DNA from: Dictyostelium discoideum
Lineage: Eukaryota
Reading direction: 5' to 3'
Length of the DNA: 64,000 bases
NCBI GenBank assembly: GCA_000004695.1
Contig: CM000151.3
Coordinates: 7,680,001-7,744,000 of the forward strand
The position numbers and the translations under genes are program-made. Shown here piece by piece: positions 27,252-43,792 of this stretch. Within the stretch, counting starts at the first letter, position 1, and the number at the start of each line of letters is the position of its first letter. The notes beneath the pieces were generated by a model that saw only the letters and a list, made by a program, of their open reading frames with translations, did not search any database and was not told the DNA's origin.

Positions 27252-28479
27252 TAAAATTATTTTTTTAATTATAATTTTAATAAATGTAATAAATGGATAT
27301 GGTGAAATACCAAAATCATGGGATTCTAGAGAAGTATTAGTAATGATGAATTCTTTAAGAATGAATCCAAGTCAATATAAAGAGAATTTTATGAAACCAT
27401 ATGGATTTACAAATTTGGAAAATGTAATTACATCAAAATACTATGAACCTGTAACACCATTACAATTTAATGAAAGATTATACGATATGGCTCAAAGCCA
27501 TTCCATTGATATGTCTGCAAGTGATGATTGTTTTACATTTGAAAATTGTAATGGTACTTCATTTTATGATAGAATCGATGATTGGAAATGTGATGAAAAT
27601 ACTCAAGAGCATATTTATAAAACTTCCACTTCCAATAACGGATTAAAAGCAATCAATAGATTAGTATGTCGTAGTAGTAGTAAATGTTTAAATGATGATG
27701 CTCCTGATGTTGGTGATTTTCGTGATAGAATTATGGGAAAGGACATAAACTACTCTGGAACTGGTATTGTCTACAACCAAACTTTATCAACTTGGTTCTA
27801 CACTATGGATTTCACCCTAACTTCATGCACTCCACAAAATGACCTTGCATCTGGTGATAAATCAATAATCTCTGCCAGCCATACTTTTAAATATGGTGAT
27901 CTAAATTCCACATCAAGTTCCTCATCACCATTTTACCAACAACCACAACAACAGCAATTACCAATTACATTTATTGCAAATTATTTTAATTCAAGTAATT
28001 CACTTGATGGTTTATATTTATATGTAATTAGTAAAAATAGTAATTTAAAAGTTATGTTAAATAAATTATATTCAAGTGATAATGGTAAATCATCAAATGG
28101 AGTTTACTCAATAACTTTAAATGAAAATTCTTATCGTTCATGTGATTATTATTATTTTCAAGCAATTACTATATCAGGTAAAATTCAAAGATACCCAACA
28201 AAAGGATTTTTAAAGATTGTAGATTATAAACAATCTTGTGATGGTGCTTGGTCTGAAACTTCTACAACTTTTTCACCATCATTACCATCTTTACCTCAAT
28301 CTCATTTTTATAACTTTTTTCCAAACTTTATAAATAATCTTGAATCAAATAAGGAAGTTGAAATCAATAATGATAAAAGTATAAATCATAATTATTATAT
28401 TACCAGTAACACTACATTTTTAAATATTTCTACATTTTTAATAATTATTTTAATTAGTTTTATTTTATTATTGATTTAA
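27247..28479 (+). CDS. Secreted, probably GPI-anchored protein of 410 aa, with possible CAP/PR-1-like (SCP) fold.
   Basis: N-terminal signal peptide (MIKIIFLIIILINVINGYG), Cys-rich ectodomain, Q-rich linker and a C-terminal hydrophobic tail (FLNISTFLIIILISFILLLI). The CAP assignment rests only on weak motif resemblance (W.S.EVL..MN.LR..; ..AQSHS.DM.AS; GIVYNQTLSTWFY). Confidence 0.4.
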
Positions 28480-28597
28480 ATTTGTTCTTTTTTTTTTTTA
28501 AAAAAAAAAAAAAATTATTAAAAAAAAAATAAAATTATATTTATTATTCAAAAAAAAAAAAAAAGAAAAAGAAAAAAAAAAATAATTAAGTTAATTA

Positions 28598-29727
28598 TTA
28601 ATTATTTATTGATGTTTTAATTTGATTTTGTTCATTTTTATAATAATTCCAAATAATGATTGAAGCTATAAATGTTAAAAATATTATAATTGTATTTATA
28701 AAGTAAGGTGCTTGAGGAAAAAAGAAGGGTGATTTATTTGATATAAAATACATATATATATCACCTGTGGCTAATGCACCTGAAAATTGTGCCAAACTAC
28801 CAAGTGATTGTAATCCAGTTATAATTGTTCCCTGTAGCTCTGGTGGTGTTACAATTGAAATCAATGATTGAATGAGATTTGTATTATTTGGTACAAAAGT
28901 TCCAATACCACAACCAAAAATATAATAGTACTTACTATGATTTGAAAAAATCATTAAAATATGAGAACAAAAACTAATAAAAAATCCAATTGAAATTACT
29001 TTTCTTGTTGCTTAAAAAAAATATATATATAAAAATTAGTAATAGTTTTTTTTTTTTTTTTTTTTTTTTTCATTTTAAATTGCTTACAAAAAAAATTTAA
29101 TAAAATTGGAATTCCAACAGCTCCCCATAAAATTAAAATAAAACCTAACCCACCTATAAACAAACCAATTTCTTTTGGAGTCCATGAATACATTAAAGTT
29201 GTATAATAATAATAAGTATTTGAAAAATCTTGACTTGTATATGAAATTGAAATAAATAATAAAATGATCCAAAATAATGAACCTCTTGATGAGAATAAGT
29301 CATAAATATGTTTAAAAGGATTTAATGAATTTTTTTTTTCCTTATATGTGCTATTCTTTTTTGCAATTTCTAAACTTTCTAATAAAAATGGTAATCCAAA
29401 GAAACAAACAATTAACAATCCAGCTGCAACATATAAAGTTAAATCTTGGATAGGTGACCCTGAAGTGTAAACATAAATTAAAGGACCAAATATAATACCT
29501 GATCCAATTGCAACTCCAGCCAATGAATATAACAAGGATACATGGGATTCATAAAATGAAACATCTGAAATAAATGAAAAAACAGCTGCATTTGCTACAT
29601 TATTTAATCCTGCAATACTATGACCAACATAAAAATATATTAAATTGTTTGTTTTCATTGTTACCCAACATGATAATATATCAAAAAATGTCATTACAAA
29701 ACTTAATAATAATATTGGTTTTCTTCC

Positions 29728-29796
<69 letters not shown>

Positions 29797-30257
29797 TAGT
29801 AAAATAATTATAAATTAATTATAAATTAGTTTTAAAATTAAAATATTTACTTATCAGATAAAACACCAAATAAAGGACCAAATAAAAACATTGTAAAATA
29901 TGGTATGGAATCAGAAAATGATTTATAATAAGCTGACCTTGATTGTTGTTCAGTTGGTGGTAAATGTGGATAATTTTTTTTTACAAATTCACTAAAAACA
30001 CCAGGTAAAAACAATGAATATAGATAACATGACATAATTAACAATGCATAAATTATATAAAGAAAAATTACTTGTTTTAAATATTTATGCTCCCTAATAG
30101 ATGGTTTAGTTTCAACTTCTTTTTTTAAAAGTGGGTTTTTTTCATCATATTTTTTACTTTCTTCCTTGTCTTCAATTTCATTTCCAATGATTATTATTGA
30201 ATCACCATTTTTAATACCACTTGTTTTTTGATATATTTGTTTATTATTTGGTTCCAT
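28598..30257 (-). CDS. Major facilitator superfamily transporter (HIAT1/MFSD14-like). Three exons about 29851..30257, 29088..29722(?) and 28598..29010.
   Basis: Exon 1 ends ...SIPYFTMFLFGPLFGVLSDK with a GTAAAT donor. The next coding block reads YGRKPILLLSFVMTFFDILSCWV... (MFS motif A G-x-L-s-D-k-x-G-R-K). Exon 3 is ...S|TRKVISIGFFISFCSHILMIFS... The canonical GT-AG model gives an in-frame 484-aa product but removes the YGR residues (see finding). Its 5' boundary is uncertain. Confidence 0.7.
29731..29794. repeat. 64-nt homopolymer T run (poly-A on the coding strand) in the MFS gene intron, directly abutting coding sequence.
   Basis: Direct reading. Confidence 0.95.
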
Positions 30258-31175
30258 ATATTTGTTATACCTTTTATTTTTTTAATAATTTAATATTAAA
30301 AAAATAAAAAACAAAGTGTTTGATTAAGAAATTTGCCATCATATTAAAAAATCTATACTTTAAATAAAAAATTATTATTATTATTTTAACCACACCCAAG
30401 TGGTTTACCTATAAAAAAAATATATATTTTTTGAAAAAAATAAAGGGGGGAATTAATTGAAAATGGTCAAAGTTATAGATTAAAAAAATTAAAGTGTGAA
30501 AAAGTTTAAATTTCTATAATTAGAACCAAATTAAATTTATTTTTGACAAAATAAACTGTATAATATGAAATTATTTAAAGAATGATAAAAATTTTTGGGT
30601 CAAAAAAGATTTAAAAAATAAATAAAAAATAAAATAATATAAAATTAAAAAAAACTTTTTTTTTTATTTTTTATTTTTTTTTTTTTATTTTGATTATTTA
30701 AAGATTTAAAATAATTTCATAGATATATTTTTTCAAATTGAGAATTATTTAACTGTAGTTCAGCATGTGAAAATATTTTTTTTAATCAAAACATTTTATC
30801 AGTTTTGGAAACAAAAAAAAAAAATTTTCAAAATAACCACCATCTTTAAATTTTCACACCCACAAAAACATCAAGTTTACCTTATACCCCACCCCCATTC
30901 ACCTTTTCAAAATCAGTTAAAAAATTAAAATTAAAATTAAAAATAAAAATAAAAATAAAAAAATAATGACACATACATATTCAATTAAATATAATTAAAT
31001 TGCAAAAAAAAAAAAAAAAATATAATTAAAAAAAAAAAAAAAAAAAAACTTTTGTTGTTTTGAATAATACATTATTAACACATATTAAAGAAATATATGT
31101 AAAAAAGGGAAACTTTTATTTTAAAAATTTTAAAGAAAAAAAAAAAAAAAAAAAAAAAGATATATAAAAATTACG

Positions 31176-31825
31176 ATGAATATAAATATTTTTATAGTTT
31201 TATATATATTTATTATATTTAATTCATTTTCAAAAAATGTTAATTGCGATATAACAGATTTAGATGAAAGTATGACAAATTTTTTATAAAATGAAAAAAA
31301 AAAAAATTTTTTATTCACTTTTTTTCTTTTTTCTAGTTAATCCAATTAGTTTTTAAGGAAAAACATTTTATATAAACTGGAATTTAAGGAGTGGGAATAT
31401 ATGTTCAAATAAAGGAATATTTGTGATTCCACAATTTCACAACCAAAAAAGTGTAATTTTTTTTAAAAAAAAAAAAATTTAAAATTTAACCAAAAAAAAA
31501 AAAAAAAAAAAAAAAAAATAGTAATTTATTAAAAAAAATTCAAGAATAATAGATGAAACACTACCAAATGGAGAGGGTATACCACCAAATGTAACATTAC
31601 CAGAAGGAGACATTTTATCTCTATCATTTTTAAATATTTCATCAATGTAGGTATTTTTATTGGTTAAAAAAAAAAAAATGTATAGAACAATAAAACTTTT
31701 TCTAATTTATAAAAAAAAAAATAAAAAATATACAGAACAATAAAAAATAGGGAATCAATTACAGAAGCAAATGTTTTAAATTTTGTTTCAGCGTTAAAAA
31801 TACTTACTTATTTAGAGTATGTCTA

Positions 31826-31870
<45 letters not shown>

Positions 31871-33576
31871 AAAATTTTCCTTTTAAAAATAAAAAAAGAA
31901 TTGTGAATGTATCTAGTGTAAATACAATACCTGACTCTTTTTTGTATGATTGTCCTTTGATAAATACAGTGATTTTAGATGAAAGGGATCTTACTAGTTT
32001 AATCCCAACATCATTCTTTACAAATACAGGTAGTTCATTAAAAACTTTAACATTGTCACTATCACAACCAAGTTCCGGAGTTTGGACCCAAATAAATTCA
32101 ATTGAGAATTTAAATTTAATTTTTTATGGAACAACTGTAAATCCCAATAATATTTTAAATATTAATGGAGCTTATTATCAAAAATTATCCAAATTGTAAG
32201 TTTTTTTTTTTTATTTAAAAATTATTTAAAAATTAATTTTTTAAAAAAATTAAAATTTTATCTTTAAACAATAGAATTATATCTGGTTTAAAATCAAAGG
32301 TAACAATTTCAGAAATGAGTTACTTGGAAAATGTCTCTATTGAATGTATGGGAAAAGATGACAACTATAAAGATTTCATTTTTCAAAATATAACAAGTAT
32401 GGATAACTTAGTTTTTAATGGTTGCTCAATTAATAGTTTAAGTTTTCCAAATTCAAATTTAACTAATTTGTAGGTATTAGTAATATTGTATTTTTTAAAT
32501 TTTTTTTTTTTTTTTTTTTATAAAAAAAAACAATAATAATAATATTAATTATTTTAATATTAAAATTTTAAATAATTATTAAAAATAGGGAAATTAATGA
32601 TGGTGCATTAAGTACAACAAGTCCACCATCATTTCCAAAGAATGTTGAAATTTTAAAAGTTAATTCAACAGGATTTAAAAATTTTCCAAAAACAACTGAA
32701 ATCCCAAATATAAAACAATTAATAATAACCAATGGTATTTTCATTTCACCAATTCAATCACTTGCACCATCATTATCAATTGCCAATGTTATTAATAGTG
32801 GTTTAAATGGTGAATTACCACAATCATATTGCTCAGTGAATCAAATTAATTTATCATCAAATAATTTCACATCAATTCCTGATTGTTTCCTTTGTCATTG
32901 GTCATATACAAATCAATGGTTTTCAAATAATGTACCAGTTAATTTATCCCCAAATTCAAGTTTTATTTGCAATTTTGGAATTGTTGGAAATAATAGTGGT
33001 AGTATTATTAATATTTTTGATAATTCAACAAATAGTACAATCACAACGTTTAAAGTATTAACCTATGGTGAAACTATTAAATTCAATGGTATAAATTTGG
33101 GTTGGAATTTTCAAAATCAAACAACTGGTTTAAAAATGATAAAACCAAATACACAATTTTCCTATGAATTCCCACCGGAATCTTTTAATAAAACAAATGA
33201 AACTTTAATATTTTCAACTGGTAGATCAATTAAAATCCAATGGATTTATTATCAATATGGAATTGAAAATGTTGATTTCATTCAAAAAACTGATGGTGTT
33301 TTTGCGAATTTCACAGGTTTATTTGATAGTTCATCAATTATTTCAATTAATGGTATAGTTTATTCTCCATTGGTTTTATCAAGTAGGAATATTCAAATTC
33401 AATTTAATAATTCTTTCCCTGAAGGTCCAATTCAATTTGATTTACAAACATTTCAAACTTATAAATTTAAATATTTAAAAAGCTTTTCAAGGTCTTATCC
33501 ATTAATTACATCTGCCTCAATTATTTCTGTAAATGATAGTAAAGTTACAATTTTTGGTTCATTCTTTAATAATGAA

Positions 33577-33608
<32 letters not shown>

Positions 33609-34758
33609 AATTAAACCAATTGTATTAATTAATAATATAAATTGTGATATTGTTTCATCAGATAATTTAAGTATAGTTGCAAGTATACCAAAGTTTAGTC
33701 AAGGTGGTTTTACAAATTTAACAGTTATTGATAATGGATATTATTTTTCATCACCATTGATAATATTTTATGAAAAACCAAAACCAACGGAATGTAATCC
33801 ATCTTGTGAAAATGGTGGTAAATGTTCCCAAGGATCTTGTGAATGTGTTGGTGATTATTCTGGTGCAACATGTTCATTTATTAAACCTTCAAATTCAACC
33901 TATAGTTTAATAATTGATAAAACAAAACCAAATGCAAAATATGATATGGAAAAGGGTGCATTTGATTTCTCTTTAACAAGTGTTCAAGAATTGGATCTTA
34001 ATAAGAATGTAGTGAAACAAATTAACATAACCCAATGGGATTATTTACCAGATCAACCTGTTGAAGGTTTAGGTAATTGCTCATTGTATTTCACAAATGA
34101 ATCAAATGTACTCATACAAGTTTATCTTTTCATACCAACAGATTCTGTAAAATACAATTTCGCTGGTTATTCATTAAATATTGATTCAGGTCAAGTTAAA
34201 GTTTTGGTTAATATAAGTAATTGGCAATATGAAACATCATTAAATGTTTTACGTGCAGTTTTTAAATCTTCATCATTACCATCGAATAAAACCTCATCAA
34301 GCAATAGTTGTGGTGATTCTGACACTAGTACATTAGAAACTACAAATAATCAATATAATGCATTGTTATCATTTACATTCCAAAGAAATGGTGTAATTCT
34401 ATATGGAGTTTTCATTGATAAAATGCTATCAAATGGTAGAGTTGCAATATCAACCGTAGAGTCTTTACCTGATTATGGTGATTCCAATAATAATTATTTT
34501 GGAATAAATATGCCTCATTGTACCATATGTTTATTAGATCCAAATTTAGGACCTTTAGTTAATCCAGGTTTTGATTGCTCTGGAAGACCTTGGGTATTAC
34601 CTGTGTCATTAGTGGTTTCAATAGTTGGTGCTCTCATAATTTCAGTGAGTCTTTTTGTTACTTTTAAAAAATATTATATTATTGCTCGTGATGGTAAAAC
34701 AATTAAATTCTCTAGAAGAAGAAAATCTAAAAGTAGTTCAAAAATGTCCACTCAATAG
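31176..34758 (+). CDS. Type-I membrane glycoprotein with leucine-rich/IPT-like N-terminal repeats, an EGF-like module and a single C-terminal TM. Six exons about 31176..31269, 31553..31646, 31751..31816, 31899..32195, 32275..32469 and 32589..34758, about 971 aa.
   Basis: Signal-peptide exon MNINIFIVLYIFIIFNSFSKNVNCDITDLDE (GTATGA donor). Four short LRR-like exons follow (…LPEGDILSLSFLNISS|M ESITEANVLNFVSALKILTYL|E IVNVSSVNTIPDSFLYDCPLINTV...), two of them with identical GTAGGTATT donors. The large last exon carries N-glycosylation-rich repeats, the EGF-like CNPSCENGGKCSQGSCECVGDYSGATCSF, the TM segment VLPVSLVVSIVGALIISVSLFVTF and a basic tail. All six junction phases agree, and the total is 2916 nt. 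The track 'ORF' at 31903 starts on GTG and is an internal exon. Confidence 0.6.
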
Positions 34759-35082
34759 TTTTTATTTTAAAAAAGTAATAAAATAAAATTAATTAATTTT
34801 TTAAAATTGTTTTTATTTCCTTTTTTTCATAATGTTAATAAATTTTATAGATACATTAATCAACTTAGTTTTAATTTTTTTTTATATTATCAATAGTTAT
34901 AAAAGGTATTTTTTTTTGAGAAATTCAATCGAATAAAATTGTAATTGATTATTTTAATGCAGAGTATGTTTTGAAAATTCTGATCCTGGAATACAATTTT
35001 GCTAGTTTTTTTGTCTTATTAAAAAAAAAAATGAGTGTCCCAAGAAAACTAAAAACTTAGATATCCCTTAGATTTGATTGAA

Positions 35083-35092
35083 GGAATCGAAC
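35083..35092 (-). promoter_or_regulatory. External B-box (ex-B) about 28 bp downstream of tRNA-Asp.
   Basis: Minus-strand GTTCGATTCC is a copy of the Pol III B-box/T-loop consensus outside the tRNA body. This is the known arrangement at many Dictyostelium tRNA genes. Confidence 0.7.
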
Positions 35093-35119
35093 TAGCGATC
35101 TATTTTGATTTTTAAAAAG

Positions 35120-35191
35120 CTCCCTGTCCGGGAATTGAACCCGGGCCTTTCGCGTGACAGGCGAAAATCCTCACCACTAGACCAACAAGGA
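35120..35191 (-). tRNA. tRNA-Asp (anticodon GUC), 72 nt.
   Basis: The reverse complement reads TCCTTGTTGGTCTAGTGGTGAGGATTTTCGCCTGTCACGCGAAAGGCCCGGGTTCAATTCCCGGACAGGGAG. This is a cloverleaf with a GTC anticodon in CCTGTCACG and is near-identical to metazoan tRNA-Asp. Confidence 0.95.
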
Positions 35192-35598
35192 AAAGCTGAT
35201 ATTCTGTGAATAAAATATGTAAAATTTGTATAATTTATCTAATTGAGTGATGTTATTAAAAAAAAAAAAAAAAGTATAATTTATCGATTTATTGAAGAAA
35301 AAAAGGGTGGAAATTAAGAACTAAAAAAAAAAAGTAAATTTGAACCAAGATTGATGAAGAAATTTTTGGATAATGCAATTTTTTGTTACTTCTCTTTGAG
35401 ATACTTGCTCTCATTTTATTTAGAGTTTTTTTCAGTTTTTTTTTTTTTTTTTTTTTTTTTGTTTTAGGGACTAGTAAAGAAATAGAGTCAGCAGCAGACT
35501 GACAAATTTTTTTAACTTTAATTCTTTCGTTTTAAAACTTTGTTGAAATACCATGTTTTTTTTTTCTTTTTAAAATCCAATTTTTTATTTTCAGAGAA

Positions 35599-35630
<32 letters not shown>

Positions 35631-35797
35631 TAAAAAAATTAAATTTGAAAAAAAAATTGGAATTAAAATTTCATTTCAAAAAAAAAAAATAAATTAAATA
35701 AACACAAATAAATAAAAAAAAATGGTAGATATTTATTACTTTAAAAACAAATTTTATTGATATGAAAAAAAAAAAAAAAAGAAAAACTAATAATAAT

Positions 35798-35880
<83 letters not shown>
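35798..35880. repeat. (TAA)n microsatellite.
   Basis: Direct reading. It generates spurious poly-Y/poly-I ORFs on both strands. Confidence 0.9.
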
Positions 35881-35895
35881 GTCATTATACTTTAG

Positions 35896-36318
35896 AATTA
35901 AAAGAAATGAACAAACTATATTTTTATCAGCAGAACCAAATGATACAATTTTAAAATTAAAGAATGACGTTGCAAATATTAATAAGTTGACAGATGGTAA
36001 TATCTCTGAATACATTAGATTCTTTTTCGGTGGAAGCCCATTAGATGATAAAAAGACAATCTCTCAACTCCATGTCCCAAATGACTCTATAATTTTTATG
36101 GTATATAAAAATGGTAATATTTTTATTATTTTTATTATTATTATTATTACTATTATTAGGATTATTATTAGTATTTAACTATTTTTCTTACTTTATTCAA
36201 TAATAATACTAAATATACTAATTCACCCTATAAACTTTTAACTAAAAATAAAAATAATAATGATAATAATACAGGTGATTCATACGAAGAAATTGCCCCA
36301 TCACTCCTTAATCCATAA
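35896..36318 (+). CDS. Small ubiquitin-like-domain protein (elongin-B-like). Exons about 35896..36113 and 36275..36318, with the first (ATG) exon not located.
   Basis: The exon follows a TATACTTTAG acceptor and encodes IKRNEQTIFLSAEPNDTILKLKNDVANINKLTDGNISEYIRFFFGGSPLDDKKTISQLHVPNDSIIFMVYKNG (beta-grasp, with an elongin-B-like TIF...L.DDKTL pattern). A GTAATA donor leads to terminal exon DSYEEIAPSLLNP*. No in-frame ATG lies in the exon, so a tiny upstream exon is required. Confidence 0.5.
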
Positions 36319-36423
36319 ATAAATAAAAATAAAATAAAATAAAAAAATAAAAAATAAAAAACTTACAAAATAATAAGTTTCATCAATATTCTTATTTTTT
36401 TGAACTTCGATTATTCAAACAAA

Positions 36424-36478
<55 letters not shown>

Positions 36479-36537
36479 TTATACTTTGCAAGGGCTTTCT
36501 GCAAGCACAGCAAAAAAATTTTAATTTCATTTTTTTT

Positions 36538-36576
<39 letters not shown>

Positions 36577-36837
36577 TTTATTTTTTTAATTTTTTAATTT
36601 TTTTTTTTTTTTTTTTTTTTTTTTTCCATAATTAAATAATCATCACATATTATTTTATATATTTGATTTAAATCACACTTTGTAAAGCCAGTTGTGTTTT
36701 TTATAATATATTTATATTAATTGTTTATTCCAAACCAATTGTGTTGATATAAAACAAAAATTTAATTTATTACTCAACTTTTTTTTTTTTTTTTTTGTAA
36801 GTTCAATACATTCATAACACTAAATAATTTTCGTCTG

Positions 36838-36878
<41 letters not shown>

Positions 36879-37197
36879 CAAAAGAATCACAAAATAAAAC
36901 AAAAAAAAATATTACAATTTTTTATTATTATAAAATTATATATTTTTTTATTTTTTTTATTTTTTTTTTTTTTTTTTGTGTTGAAAATCATTTTGATTTT
37001 TTTTTTTTTTTAATTTTTTAATTTTTTAAAAATTCATTTCACTCGCAATAGCAATATTAACATCTCATATTTTTTATTTATTTATTTATTTATTTTTTTT
37101 ATTTTTTTATACTTTAATCTAAAAATTAATTTTTAATAATTAAAATCAACATTAGATACAAATAGGGATTTGTATATAAATATATATATATAAAGAA

Positions 37198-42630
<5,433 letters not shown>

Positions 42631-43048
42631 ATAAAAAAAAAATAAAATAAAATAAAAAAAAATAGTATAATAAAATAAAAAAAAAAATTAAAAAAAAAAA
42701 AATTTACCTTTGTCTAATCTTTGTTATTTTTTTTTTTTTTTCCATTGTAATTTTATTTATTTTTTATTTGTTTAAATTGGGGTGTTTATTTTTTTTTTAT
42801 TTTTTGTTTGAATTGGGGTGTTTAATTTATTTTATAAATAGGATTGATAAAAAAAAAAAACAAGGGTGTTGATTTTATTTTAAAAAAAGATTAAATTTTA
42901 ACAAATAAACAATTAAAATATTTTAATTAATAAATTATTATTATATTTTTTATATTTTTTTTTGGGTATAAAATGAAAAAAAAATTTATAATTTCATTTC
43001 AAAACAAATAAAAAAAAAACAAATAAAAAAAAAAAGTTTAATACATCT

Positions 43049-43540
43049 TTGAAAAAAATGAAATCAATAGTTTTAATATTACTTGGTTTGTTGTTAACAA
43101 TTGCTTTCGTTGCTGCTCAAGAAGAGGATAGAGGTAGACCACCATATCAATGTCCAAAGAATTGTGGTGGAGGCCATACCTGCCATATTAAAAATAATGA
43201 CTGCCATTGTAGAAAATTTGGTGATATCAATGATATTAAATTAGAATATTGTAGATTAAATTCATGGGTTGATGGAGCATGCGGTAAAACTTATACCCAA
43301 TGGGATATTAAAATTGTAAATTGTGGAGATTGTGATTTACATGAAATTTATATTGGTTATGATTACACATTAAGATTAAGAGATTCAAGTTCAATTTGGA
43401 ATATCGCTCGTTTACCATATGGTGTCTTAACTCTTCCATCATATCAAACCTCAATTAATGCTGGTGCCTCTTATACATTTGGTTTCATTATTGAAGGTAC
43501 TCAAAAACCAAATTTAGACATTTTATATGTCAGATTTTAA
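43049..43540 (+). CDS. Small secreted cysteine-rich protein with a C-terminal CBM49-like carbohydrate-binding module, 163 aa.
   Basis: Signal peptide MKKMKSIVLILLGLLLTIAFVAA, a Cys-knot-like block (CPKNCGGGHTCHIKNNDCHC) and a C-terminal module with W...LP...I.AGASYTFGFI resembling the CBM49 cellulose-binding domains of Dictyostelium. Confidence 0.5.
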   Translation: MKKMKSIVLILLGLLLTIAFVAAQEEDRGRPPYQCPKNCGGGHTCHIKNNDCHCRKFGDINDIKLEYCRLNSWVDGACGKTYTQWDIKIVNCGDCDLHEIYIGYDYTLRLRDSSSIWNIARLPYGVLTLPSYQTSINAGASYTFGFIIEGTQKPNLDILYVRF

Positions 43541-43792
43541 TCTTTAAAGATTTAAAAAAAAAAAAGAAAAGATATTAAGGTTTAGAAAATATTTCTTTTT
43601 TTTTTTTTTACCACATCATTAATTTAATAAAAATTAATCACTTTATTATTAAAAAGAATTAATATTTGTTTTTTTATTTTTTTTTTTAATTATTATTTTT
43701 TTATTTTTTTTTTTTTGTTTATTTTTTTTTTTATTTTTTGTTTTATATATAAATATATATTATTATTTATCTTTTTTTTTTTTTTTTTTAAA

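Noticed and set aside
35040-35100. Possible second, truncated tRNA next to tRNA-Asp (a GGTTCGATTCC-like string).
   Set aside because: Only the T-loop/B-box consensus is present. It has no acceptor, D or anticodon arms, so I interpret it as the external B-box.
35803-36178. Minus ORF 35803..36015 (poly-Y) and plus ORF 35987..36178.
   Set aside because: The first is the (TAA)n repeat read as TAT TAT. The second starts at an internal Met of the UBL exon and reads through the GTAATA donor into the intron.
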